Shown here: positions 17,326 through 26,530 of the stretch, piece after piece
Position numbering within the stretch: the first letter of the stretch is position 1
Layout of the letters: every line of letters starts with the position of its first letter
Source: Arcobacteraceae bacterium
GTDB taxonomy: Bacteria > Campylobacterota > Campylobacteria > Campylobacterales > Arcobacteraceae
Length of the DNA: 64,000 nt
Direction: 5' to 3'
Assembly: GCA_963662945.1 (NCBI GenBank)
Contig: OY759974.1
Location: forward strand, 352,001 to 416,000
The notes under the pieces: model-generated
Seen by the model: only the letters and a program-made list of their open reading frames with translations
Told to the model about the DNA's origin: nothing
Databases searched by the model: none
Made by a program: the position numbers and the translations under genes

Positions 17326-17660
17326 TCTCTTATTTTCCATTGTTGGCAAATACTATTTTTATCTATACAAATATCTATAGTAGTTAGTGTACCATTGGTT
17401 AAAACTTGATACGAAGATATATTATCAAATAGTATATTTGTACCAAAATACAAACTATTATCTTGATATTGTATATTTTCAAGACCATTTTTAACTAAAA
17501 ACAATCTTGTGGTTTCAAGTTTGAGATTTGTAAAAGTTTGATACACTTTTGTAGTGTTTTTTCTATAAAGGTTAAAACTAATATCTGTAACCATTAAACC
17601 TATAATTGAAAACAATACGATACTAAATATCAACTCCAAAAGTACCATAGAGTTTTTCAA
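17322..17660 (-). CDS. Prepilin-type N-terminal motif protein
   Basis: MKNS-MVLLELIFSIVLFSIIG with Glu at +5, as in class III signal peptides. Confidence 0.6.
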   Translation of the reverse strand: MKNSMVLLELIFSIVLFSIIGLMVTDISFNLYRKNTTKVYQTFTNLKLETTRLFLVKNGLENIQYQDNSLYFGTNILFDNISSYQVLTNGTLTTIDICIDKNSICQQWKIRE

Positions 17661-17672
17661 ACTAAAAGCTTC

Positions 17673-18518
17673 TTATAAAATATCGTGCAGTGTGTTTGCT
17701 TTTTCCATCCACTTATGGATAGAGTCATAATCCTCATCTTGAAGCATCTGTTTTATATTTTTCATATGATTTTCATATATATCTAAAGCTTCAATCATAT
17801 TGTCTCTATTTTGTCTAAAAACATCTGTCCACATATTTGGGCTTGATTTTGCAATTCGACTCATATCTTTAAAACCACCAGCAGCTAAGGTAATAATATT
17901 TTGTGGATCTTCGTGACTCATAACAGTATTTGCTAACCCAAAAGAGATAGCATGAGGCAAATGTGAGATATAACACGCATGGATATCATGTGTTGATGAA
18001 TCCATATGCACAATTCTCATAGCTATAGCATTAAAGATATCTAACACTCTAGTTCTATGAATCTCATCACAACTATCTAAATCACATAGCACTATAGTTT
18101 TCCCCTCATAGAGTCCATCTATAGCTGCACTTGGTCCAAACTTCTCAGTTCCTGTCATAGGGTGAGCTGGTACAAAGTTTTTCTTAATAGACTCAGGGAT
18201 ATTATCCACAATAAGCTTTTTTGTACTACCAAAATCTATTATTGTAGTATTTGAAGATGCTTTTTCCAAAGTAGGCATAAAAGAAACTATAGCATCCACA
18301 GGGATACACAACACTATCATATCACACTCTAGTAATTCATCTATTTCTACAATTTTATCAACAAGTCCTAACTCTAAAGCTTGTTTTTGATGTTCAGGGT
18401 TATGATCATACCCAACAACTTGAGATGATAGATTATATTTTTTTACAACTTTTGCAAATGACCCACCCATAAGTCCAAGACCCACTATACCAAATTTAAG
18501 TTTTTTAAATTGTTCCAT
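17673..18518 (-). CDS. tyrA: Prephenate dehydrogenase
   Basis: GIVGLGLMGGS, DFGSTK, HPMTGTE, SHLPH, AGGFKDMSRIA. Confidence 0.93.
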   Translation of the reverse strand: MEQFKKLKFGIVGLGLMGGSFAKVVKKYNLSSQVVGYDHNPEHQKQALELGLVDKIVEIDELLECDMIVLCIPVDAIVSFMPTLEKASSNTTIIDFGSTKKLIVDNIPESIKKNFVPAHPMTGTEKFGPSAAIDGLYEGKTIVLCDLDSCDEIHRTRVLDIFNAIAMRIVHMDSSTHDIHACYISHLPHAISFGLANTVMSHEDPQNIITLAAGGFKDMSRIAKSSPNMWTDVFRQNRDNMIEALDIYENHMKNIKQMLQDEDYDSIHKWMEKANTLHDIL

Positions 18519-19000
18519 TATCTATTCCAAGCCTTTAAAATTCTATCTGTATTTCGTTTCATATCTTTCTCTTTTAAATCTTGTCGCTTATCGTGAAGCT
18601 TTTTCCCTTTTCCAATACCAATATTGAGTTTAACCATATTTTTATCATTGAAATACATCTTTGTTACAACAATAGTATAGCCATCTTTGGTTACTTTTTC
18701 AAAAAATTTATTCAACTGTTTTCTATGAAGTAAAATCTTTCTATCTCTATCTTCAGCTGGTCTAAAAGTAGTATGTGTAGTTTCTAAAGCTCCAATATGC
18801 ATATTTAAAATATACATCTCATTTTTAATAATTCGTACAAAACTATCTTTTAAGTTTACCCTACCCTCACGGATAGACTTCACTTCACTTCCTTGAAGCA
18901 CAAGCCCTACTTCTATCACATCACTAACTTCATAGTCATGAAATACTTTTTTATTTAAAAATTCTCGTGGTTTACTTTTTGTTTTATCTTTTTTTGCCAA
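18518..19000 (-). CDS. smpB: SsrA-binding protein
   Basis: [37 protein letters not shown]. Own -10 TATAAT at 19026-19031. Confidence 0.95.
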   Translation of the reverse strand: MAKKDKTKSKPREFLNKKVFHDYEVSDVIEVGLVLQGSEVKSIREGRVNLKDSFVRIIKNEMYILNMHIGALETTHTTFRPAEDRDRKILLHRKQLNKFFEKVTKDGYTIVVTKMYFNDKNMVKLNIGIGKGKKLHDKRQDLKEKDMKRNTDRILKAWNR

Positions 19001-19031
19001 TGGGTTCTTTCCTTACTATTGTGGAATTATA

Positions 19032-20375
19032 TCAAATATCATCTTTTTTTCCATAAGTTTCACTAGGTTCTGCTACCATTAAAGTGTCATCTATGTTATT
19101 TATATATTGATTATCTGTTACTCTCACTTGTCCATTCATAAGCATTGGAAGAAGCCAATCTCTAAGTTTTGCTAGTTCTTGGTTTTGTTTCTTACTCTGT
19201 ATCATTTGATTAAAAATTGGCTTTATAATTTTTTGAAATTTCAAATAAGATTCTTCTTTAAATACTATTTTTAAATGCTCAATAGAACTACTTGCATGAA
19301 GTAGTATTGAACCTGTGGCATATCTATGAATTGTTTTTATTATTTCATTATCACAAAATATACAATATATTAGACTATTATCAAATTTTCCAGATTTATC
19401 ATATATTTTTCTTAGTCCTCCAGAGATTGCACCTTTTAAGCCAAAACCTAACTTTCCAACTGAACCATCAAAAGTTACAATAACATCCCTTTCATTTACT
19501 ATTTTATAATTTTTATTTGTAGAATCTATATATACTGAACTTTCACTTTGTATGTCCCCAACTCTAAAAAATTTTACACACTTTTCATTCATTTTTAAAT
19601 TTAAATATTCAGAAGCCCCTGGTTCTATACCTTTTTCAAATTCTAAAAATTCTTGCAACTTTTTAACTTCCCAAGCCTCAGGAATCTCTCTTTTTAACTC
19701 TTGATTATAAACCATCTTCCCACCTGATGATTTATAAGGTTTTCCATTCTCATCGGGGAAATCAAATTGTACAAACCAATAATCATAAAGAATTTTTGCC
19801 ATAGCTTCTAGTTCTTTATTGATTTTATTATTTAGTTCTATTTTTGAATCTATATTTTTTAAAATAACAACAATATTATCTTGAATAGTTATATTTGGTA
19901 AATCAAATTCTAATTCTTTTATTACACTTATTGGTGGGAAATTAGGTATTGTTGAATCACCTTTTTTTCCAACTATTAAATTAACTAAGTAAAAATTAAA
20001 ATAATAATAAAAGAAATCATCATTTATCACTTTATTATTTAGTCTAATTCTTAATAATGCTTGATTTATTACACCAGATTCAGCATTTTCCCTTAATTGA
20101 TAAATAGCACCATAATTCACGCCAGAACAAGATACTAAAAAATCTTTCGGTTTCACTTCAAATTTATACATTTTTTTATCATAATACTCTTTTGAAATAT
20201 AATATCTACCAATAGATTCATCTTTTTGTAAAACAACACCTTGTTCATAAACTTTATATGTTGTATGGTCTTTTGGAACAAAAATTTCTTTTTTTAAATC
20301 TCCTCCAAATGGACCTCGTAAAAACCCTTTGTCTTTTAATACAACATCTTTAAATTTAAATTTATTTGTTTCCAA
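19032..20375 (-). CDS. hsdS: Type I restriction-modification specificity subunit
   Basis: Two target recognition domains separated by LEAMAKILYDYWFVQFDFP...YKSSGGKM...IPEAW; ends with LRDWLLPMLMNGQV. Confidence 0.93.
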   Translation of the reverse strand: METNKFKFKDVVLKDKGFLRGPFGGDLKKEIFVPKDHTTYKVYEQGVVLQKDESIGRYYISKEYYDKKMYKFEVKPKDFLVSCSGVNYGAIYQLRENAESGVINQALLRIRLNNKVINDDFFYYYFNFYLVNLIVGKKGDSTIPNFPPISVIKELEFDLPNITIQDNIVVILKNIDSKIELNNKINKELEAMAKILYDYWFVQFDFPDENGKPYKSSGGKMVYNQELKREIPEAWEVKKLQEFLEFEKGIEPGASEYLNLKMNEKCVKFFRVGDIQSESSVYIDSTNKNYKIVNERDVIVTFDGSVGKLGFGLKGAISGGLRKIYDKSGKFDNSLIYCIFCDNEIIKTIHRYATGSILLHASSSIEHLKIVFKEESYLKFQKIIKPIFNQMIQSKKQNQELAKLRDWLLPMLMNGQVRVTDNQYINNIDDTLMVAEPSETYGKKDDI

Positions 20376-21990
20376 GAGTTAACCCCATTAACTGCTTCTT
20401 TATCTCATCTTCCAAGACTTTTGATTCACTAAACATAGCTTTTAAATTATCACTAAATCTTTTCATCTTAGTATCGAACTCATCTTTAGTTATATCCACA
20501 TATTCTATTTTCACATCAAAATATTGCCCTGCAGAAAAAGAGTAATTTTTAGCTTTTATATCATTATAAGAAACAACTACAGAAAAATCATCAACTACTT
20601 TTTTATCATTAAAAGTATCTATGATTTGTTGTTCTTCTTTTTCATCTAAAACTGTTTTTTGGTTTTTACCCTCTTTTACAGTTTTCCCTAAATTTGAAGC
20701 ATCTATTAAAACTACGCCTTCTTTGTTTGTATCATCTATAAATATGATTGATACATTTGTTCCTGTTGTAGCAAAAATATTACTAGGCATTGATACAACA
20801 CCACCTAACATTTTGTTTTCAATTAGATGTTGTCTTATCTTTTTATCTATTCCACTTTGAGCAGTTATAAATCCAGTTGGTACTACAACGGCTGCTTTTC
20901 CACCTTTTTTTAGTGCATAAATAATATGCTGTAAAAACATACTATAAATAGACATAGACTCTTTTTTCTTTGCTGGTATTTTTGGAATACCTGCAAAAAA
21001 CCTATCGTGGTTTTCTTTAGAGTCTAAATCATCTCTATAATCACTAAAATCAGTTTTAAAAGGTGGATTTGATACGATATAATCAAACTTTTGTAAACTA
21101 TCTCCCTCTTTATGATATGGGCTTAAAAGAGTATTTCCTTTAATCACATTTGATATAGAATGAACAAGATTATTTAGAATCAAATTTAGTCGTAAAAGAC
21201 TTGATGACTTTTGAGATATATCTTGTGAGTAGAGACTACATCTATCTTCACCTATAGCGTGGGCGATGTTCATCAGAAGTGTTCCACTTCCTGCACTTGG
21301 GTCATAACAAGTTACGCTTTTAAGCTCTTCATTTTCTTTTACTAAAATAGCCGCCATAATTTTTGCAACCGCATGAGGTGTATAATATTCTGCATACTTT
21401 CCACCACTATCACTGTTATAATCTTTGATTAAGTATTCAAAAATAGTTGCATAGAAATCATACTTTTGATTAAAAATATTTTCAAAACTAAAAGCTACAA
21501 GTTTATTGACAATCGCTTTAAAAAAAGCATCTTTATCATCAATAATATATTTACTCAAAGTATCAAAAAGCTCTATTTTTGCTCCACCTTCTGTTTTTAC
21601 GGAAAAGATATCATTGTTTTCTATAGATATTTGATGTAAAGTATCATCAAAAGTTTGTGCAAAATCAGGACTGTCTTGTATATTAAATAAATGTGTTATA
21701 AGATACTCTGGTTTGAGCTTTGCAGCTTTTGCTCCTATTCGTCTTAGTATTTTATTTCTTTGTTCTTCACTTAAGTTTGTATAGTACTCTTCCCAACTTG
21801 GAGCATTTTTGATATTTTCATCTATCTTTTTTATCTCATAGGCAAATTTATCATTTAAAAATTTGTATAAAAATACTTGAGTGATGATTTTAAACTCATT
21901 TCCATCGTTTCCAAGTCCAAAGTTTGCACATACTGCTTTTAAATTATCTATTAACTTTTTTGTTTCTCTTTCAAACTCTACTATTACCAA
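20362..21990 (-). CDS. hsdM: Type I restriction-modification N6-adenine methyltransferase
   Basis: EYYTP, YDPSAGSGTLL (motif I), VSNPPF (motif IV). Confidence 0.95.
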   Translation of the reverse strand: MVIVEFERETKKLIDNLKAVCANFGLGNDGNEFKIITQVFLYKFLNDKFAYEIKKIDENIKNAPSWEEYYTNLSEEQRNKILRRIGAKAAKLKPEYLITHLFNIQDSPDFAQTFDDTLHQISIENNDIFSVKTEGGAKIELFDTLSKYIIDDKDAFFKAIVNKLVAFSFENIFNQKYDFYATIFEYLIKDYNSDSGGKYAEYYTPHAVAKIMAAILVKENEELKSVTCYDPSAGSGTLLMNIAHAIGEDRCSLYSQDISQKSSSLLRLNLILNNLVHSISNVIKGNTLLSPYHKEGDSLQKFDYIVSNPPFKTDFSDYRDDLDSKENHDRFFAGIPKIPAKKKESMSIYSMFLQHIIYALKKGGKAAVVVPTGFITAQSGIDKKIRQHLIENKMLGGVVSMPSNIFATTGTNVSIIFIDDTNKEGVVLIDASNLGKTVKEGKNQKTVLDEKEEQQIIDTFNDKKVVDDFSVVVSYNDIKAKNYSFSAGQYFDVKIEYVDITKDEFDTKMKRFSDNLKAMFSESKVLEDEIKKQLMGLTLGNK

Positions 21991-24900
21991 TTATATACTC
22001 CATTGTATTCATTTAAATATTCTGTTGCTATCATAGTATTGATGTATCTAAAAGATTCATCATTTAATTTTATTTTATTGTTATCTTCAAACTCTACATC
22101 TACAATAGGCTGTGTTTCTGCTATAAAAAAGTTTTCATGTTTTAATATGGCACTGTTATTTAAAACTTTTTCATCAAGTTGCATTTTTATCTTCTCTAAA
22201 GCACTAAAAATCTTACTTTGTTTATCTGTTATATTGTTTTGTTTGATTCTTTTGTGCATTCTTGCATATTTTCTATCACCTTTGTATTTATCTTTTAAAA
22301 GATCATTTTGTCTATTTAATTCTCGAATTTTATTATCTATTTTTTTAAGTTCCCCAATATTCTCATTCATCTCGTCTTGGGTTATTTCACTTAGATTTTT
22401 ATTTTTAAATAATCTTTCAAGCTCCTCTTTTAAAGTGATATAAAGAGGGTCTTTTTTATCAAAATTATTTTGAAAAGCTTCTCTTGTTTTTCTCAATGTA
22501 TTTTTTAATTTATCCGCTAAAATAAGCTCCTCTTCACTTATCTTTGTAAATTTAAAAATAATATCTTCTAGGGCTAGATTTATGATATTTGTATTTTCAT
22601 CACCCTTTTCTAAAGCTTGTTTTTGATTTAAAAGATTTAAATGATTTGAAGCTTCTCTGTAAAGTAGATTTAACTTTCTAAAATCTAATTTTTCTAGTAA
22701 TTCAAAATGTCCAAATAGCCTTATGAGATTATATAGACTTTTTGCATTTTCAAGTGCTTTTTTTATCTCTTGCATCTTTTTAATATCTTGAATTTTGTTT
22801 ATTTGTTGTGAAAATAGTTCAGCATTTAAAGTGTCATATTCAAATAAAACATCTTTTATATTTTCTATTTCATCCGCTATCTCTTCTTTTGATTTAAAAA
22901 GTGAAGAGTAATATTCCATCTCATCACCAAGTTCATTTTGTAACTCTTCAAAATATGCTTTATTTGTAGCATCAAACTCTTTACTTATATCTGCAAAATC
23001 TACTACATAACCATATTTAAACTTTTTGTATGTACGATTTACTCTTGTAAGGGCTTGTAATAAGCCATGTTGTCTTATGATTCTACCTAGATAGAGCTTT
23101 TTAAGTCGTGGAGCATCAAAGCCCGTAAGAAGCATATTATAAACAAAAAGAAAATCTACCTTTCCATCTTTGAACTCTTCTACCCAATCTTTTCTATCCT
23201 GTTTTGTTCCTATATCGTGTAAAATGATTTTGGCTGTTAAATCTCCTTTTACTTTAATATCATCTGTTCCATAAGTTGTTTGAGGTTGGGCTACAAGTTG
23301 TGCAGAAAAGTTTACATTGTTACTAGCTTCTAGCTTTGTATATTTTGACTGAAATATCTCATACATTTTTTTAGCTTGTGCAGAACTATCACAAATAACC
23401 ATAGCTCCAATAGAATCATCATCAAATCTTACTTTGCTATTTTTAAAATCATTTACAATATAAGCTAACATTGGTTCTACAAATTTTTTATGAGAATAAA
23501 CTTCTTCTGTTTTTAAGTTACCTTGTAAAACTTCTATATCTTCAATTGCTTTTTGTAATTGTAACTTATAGTTTGTCTCTATCTCTTCCCTTATAAGCCT
23601 CAATGTATAACCATCAGCAATAGAAGAATTATAATAATACTTATGAATATAATTACCAAACAATGATTTTGAACTTGTATCTTCTCCTAGCAAAGGAGTT
23701 CCTGTTAGTCCAATTTTTATTGCATTTTTATCAGATGTTTCTAGGTTTGCTAAAAAACTTCCTTTTGGGTTATAACTTCGATGTACTTCATCTAGGAAAT
23801 AGACTCTTTGAATGTTAATATCATAATCTTGTATAGAGATAACATCTGGATCATCTTTAAACCTTTGGATATTTACTACTGTGATTTCATATTCACCTCT
23901 ATCATTATGAATAGCAGTAGTTTTTTTAATATCTTTTGCAAAATCATCACGAGTAGCAATAGTGTGAACTTTTAAACCTCTTGCTGTAAACTCTTTTTTT
24001 GCTTGTGTTAATAAGTCTAATCTATCAACAATAAAATAAAATTTTGGAATAACCCTTTTAGTTTGAAAATAGTTTGTCAGATATCTAACATTGTAAAAAG
24101 CAAGTGCTGTTTTACCACTTCCTTGGGTATGCCAAATGATACCTTTTTTTATACCATCATCAAGTTTACTTTCAATTGCTTTTGTTGCAAATATTTGAGG
24201 ATATCTCATAATATGTTTTTGTACACCATCTTTTGATTTGACATAAGCAATTCCAAACTCTAATAAAAACTTTAATCTATCTTTTGAAAACAACGAAGTA
24301 CTTAATCGGTTTGTTGAAGTTTCAGGTGATTTATTTGTAATAAATTCCGCATTGTTTTTTATCACTTCAAGATTATTATCTTTTAGTATATCATTTTCTG
24401 TTTCATCATCTAAATCTTTTAAAATATTTGCTAAATTTAGTTTTTCTTCTTCTCTAAAATAGTTAAAAATAGGATTTTTTGAAGGTGTAGCATAAAATGC
24501 TCCCTCTATTGGTTCAATAGAATTATCATCATATTCCATATTGTTAGAAAAAACCATAAGTTGTGTTATATTGATAAATTTTCTAAACCTATCATTTGAA
24601 AATCTAACATTTATTCTATCTCTCTCAGCTAATACACCATCTTTATTATTTGGTTTTTTAACCTCTATAAAAACCAATGGCATACCATTGATTAAAAGTA
24701 TAATATCAGGTCTAAACTCTTCATCACTATTTTTATATGGAAGTTCAGTAAGCACATGAAAAGAGTTATTTTCAAAATTTTCAAAATCAAGAAGTTTTAT
24801 ACCTGACTTTTCTATAATCCTCTGATAAAATGCTTTTCCTAAATCTTCATAGTCAAGTAGTAAAGAAACCTCTTCAAAAACTTTATTTGAATCTAAATCA

Positions 24901-25064
24901 TCTGTTTTGTTATTTATTCTCTCAATACTAGATTTAAAAATATCAACAAAAATATTTGTATTTATATCCCAGTTTGAGTCTTTTAAAGATAAATATTTAT
25001 AACCTAATCTCGTAAGGTGTAGTATGGATGGTATTTTTACTCTGCTGTCTTCATTGTATTTCAT
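21984..25064 (-). CDS. hsdR: Type I restriction endonuclease subunit R
   Basis: RPDIILLINGMPLVFIEVK nuclease motif, HTQGSGKT, DEVHR, LTGTP, MLLTGFDAP, QALTRVNR. Confidence 0.95.
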   Translation of the reverse strand: MKYNEDSRVKIPSILHLTRLGYKYLSLKDSNWDINTNIFVDIFKSSIERINNKTDDLDSNKVFEEVSLLLDYEDLGKAFYQRIIEKSGIKLLDFENFENNSFHVLTELPYKNSDEEFRPDIILLINGMPLVFIEVKKPNNKDGVLAERDRINVRFSNDRFRKFINITQLMVFSNNMEYDDNSIEPIEGAFYATPSKNPIFNYFREEEKLNLANILKDLDDETENDILKDNNLEVIKNNAEFITNKSPETSTNRLSTSLFSKDRLKFLLEFGIAYVKSKDGVQKHIMRYPQIFATKAIESKLDDGIKKGIIWHTQGSGKTALAFYNVRYLTNYFQTKRVIPKFYFIVDRLDLLTQAKKEFTARGLKVHTIATRDDFAKDIKKTTAIHNDRGEYEITVVNIQRFKDDPDVISIQDYDINIQRVYFLDEVHRSYNPKGSFLANLETSDKNAIKIGLTGTPLLGEDTSSKSLFGNYIHKYYYNSSIADGYTLRLIREEIETNYKLQLQKAIEDIEVLQGNLKTEEVYSHKKFVEPMLAYIVNDFKNSKVRFDDDSIGAMVICDSSAQAKKMYEIFQSKYTKLEASNNVNFSAQLVAQPQTTYGTDDIKVKGDLTAKIILHDIGTKQDRKDWVEEFKDGKVDFLFVYNMLLTGFDAPRLKKLYLGRIIRQHGLLQALTRVNRTYKKFKYGYVVDFADISKEFDATNKAYFEELQNELGDEMEYYSSLFKSKEEIADEIENIKDVLFEYDTLNAELFSQQINKIQDIKKMQEIKKALENAKSLYNLIRLFGHFELLEKLDFRKLNLLYREASNHLNLLNQKQALEKGDENTNIINLALEDIIFKFTKISEEELILADKLKNTLRKTREAFQNNFDKKDPLYITLKEELERLFKNKNLSEITQDEMNENIGELKKIDNKIRELNRQNDLLKDKYKGDRKYARMHKRIKQNNITDKQSKIFSALEKIKMQLDEKVLNNSAILKHENFFIAETQPIVDVEFEDNNKIKLNDESFRYINTMIATEYLNEYNGVYNW

Positions 25065-25123
25065 TAATTATCCAAATTGTTTACATTATTAAAACATTTA
25101 TTTTACAACAACTATCCAACTAT

Positions 25124-25152
25124 TTGACTTAAAAATCATTATCTGCTATAAT
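25124..25152 (+). promoter_or_regulatory. Near-consensus sigma70 promoter pointing into a non-coding region
   Basis: TTGACT (25124-25129), 17-nt spacer, extended -10 TGcTATAAT (25144-25152). Confidence 0.8.
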
Positions 25153-25158
25153 ACACTT

Positions 25159-25293
25159 ACAATTCGCCTACGGGCACACCCACTTTTTTAAGTGGGGTCA
25201 ATAAATTACTTCATTTAGGTGAAGCTACCGCTAAAAAGATTTTCTTTTTAGGTCAGGCTAAATTAAAGGGAACTATTAAAGTTCCCTTTTTTT
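25159..25293 (+). ncRNA. Candidate ~135-nt multi-hairpin small RNA convergent on the PemK/MazF-like gene
   Basis: Promoter upstream; four consecutive hairpins including GCC-UACG-GGC; terminator with U7; 39 G+C in 25161-25260 versus 17 of 80 in 25081-25160; no ATG or SD-led ORF. Confidence 0.7.
25265..25293 (+). terminator. Intrinsic terminator, possibly bidirectional
   Basis: AAAGGGAACT-ATTAA-AGTTCCCTTT with T7 at 25287-25293; abuts the stop codon of the convergent toxin gene. Confidence 0.85.
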
Positions 25294-25816
25294 ATATCCC
25301 TAAATATTTTTTAATAAACTCTTTTATTTTCTGAATATCTTCTACTTTAAGTTCAGGATATATCAAACTTTCCAATCTTTTTGTATCGATTGTTTTGATT
25401 TCATTACATATTACTAAGGAATCTTTTTCCAACCCTAAATACTTTAGCCTTTTTTGTTTATCAAAAAAACTTTTAGAAACTTCAGATTTTAATTCATAAT
25501 GAAAATGTTTTATTTTTGTCTTCTCTTTTTTAGAAGTAAGCGGCATCACTATAACTTTTTTATTGTAAGTAGCATGATTAAAATTATTGCTTGATATTAC
25601 GATACAAGGTCTTATTGTAGTCAGTTTTTCTTTAGAAAAGTGGCAACTAGTCTCACTACCAATATTTTCTCCGACTTCAAACCACCACAAACTCCAAGGC
25701 TGTATTCTAAACTTAACACTTCCATCTTTTTTATGATTTATATTTATTTTTCCATTAATGTGTTTTTTCTTATCGTTCCAGCTGTCCAGTCTATTATTTT
25801 TATCATCATACATCAC
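25292..25816 (-). CDS. PemK/MazF-fold endoribonuclease toxin-like protein, no adjacent protein antitoxin
   Basis: LWWFEVGENIGSE, RPCIVISSNNFN, VIVMPLTS, SLVICNEIKTIDTKRL follow the PemK/MazF pattern; 4-nt overlap with the radC stop. Confidence 0.82.
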   Translation of the reverse strand: MMYDDKNNRLDSWNDKKKHINGKININHKKDGSVKFRIQPWSLWWFEVGENIGSETSCHFSKEKLTTIRPCIVISSNNFNHATYNKKVIVMPLTSKKEKTKIKHFHYELKSEVSKSFFDKQKRLKYLGLEKDSLVICNEIKTIDTKRLESLIYPELKVEDIQKIKEFIKKYLGI

Positions 25817-26472
25817 AACATCTCCCTATCACGAAAACTCAAAAAACCTTCCCTCGTAAATATCACATGATCTAGTAGTTCTATTCCTAAAATTTTTCCA
25901 GACTCTTGAAGTCTTTTTGTTACTTGCATATCTTCATGACTAGCTTCCAAAATGCCACTTGGATGATTGTGTGCTACTATGATACTCGCACATCTATTCT
26001 CAACAGCAGGGGCGAATACTTCTCTTGGATGTACTAAGCTTTGGTTGAGTGTACCTATGGTTATCACTCTTGTTTCACACAGATGATTCGCACCATCAAG
26101 ATACAAACACAAGAAATACTCTTGTCTTTTATCTTTGTAGCTTTTTAGCTCCTCATATACATCACTTGCATTTGTGATTTTTTTATTTTGTTTGATTAAG
26201 TATCTGCGAGAAAGTTCAAGGGCTGAGATGATTTGACTCGCTTTTGCAACTCCTAATCCATGTATAGTAAGAAGTTTTTCAAGATTTAAAGTATCAAAAT
26301 CATCTTCAAAGAGTTTGACTATCTCTCGTGAAAGTGCAAATACATCTTTCCCTTTGATACCACTTCCTAAAAGTATAGCTACTAGTTCATAATCTTTTAG
26401 AACTTTGACACCTTTTTGGAGTAGCTTTTCTCTTGGTTTATCGAAATTGTTTAGTTCTGTTATAGTTTTCAT
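25813..26472 (-). CDS. radC: RadC/UPF0758 JAB-domain protein (full length)
   Basis: KPREKLL, ELVAILLGSG, GLGVAKA, GTLNQSLVHPREVF, AHNHPSG, LLDHVI. Confidence 0.93.
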   Translation of the reverse strand: MKTITELNNFDKPREKLLQKGVKVLKDYELVAILLGSGIKGKDVFALSREIVKLFEDDFDTLNLEKLLTIHGLGVAKASQIISALELSRRYLIKQNKKITNASDVYEELKSYKDKRQEYFLCLYLDGANHLCETRVITIGTLNQSLVHPREVFAPAVENRCASIIVAHNHPSGILEASHEDMQVTKRLQESGKILGIELLDHVIFTREGFLSFRDREML

Positions 26473-26530
26473 ATCTAACTATAACTAAATATAAAACAGT
26501 GTTTTAAAAATATTGCAGTTTGTTAAGTTT

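Noticed and set aside
25192-25251. Tiny GTG-started ORFs (8 and 10 codons) within the candidate RNA
   Set aside because: No SD, starts are buried in stems, and there is no recognisable peptide character.
25159-25293. Identity of the RNA as SRP RNA, tmRNA, tRNA or a ToxI/CRISPR repeat array
   Set aside because: GGTCAGG is present but lacks the following GNRA/AGCAG SRP motif; too short for tmRNA; no T-loop or CCA; no tandem repeats.
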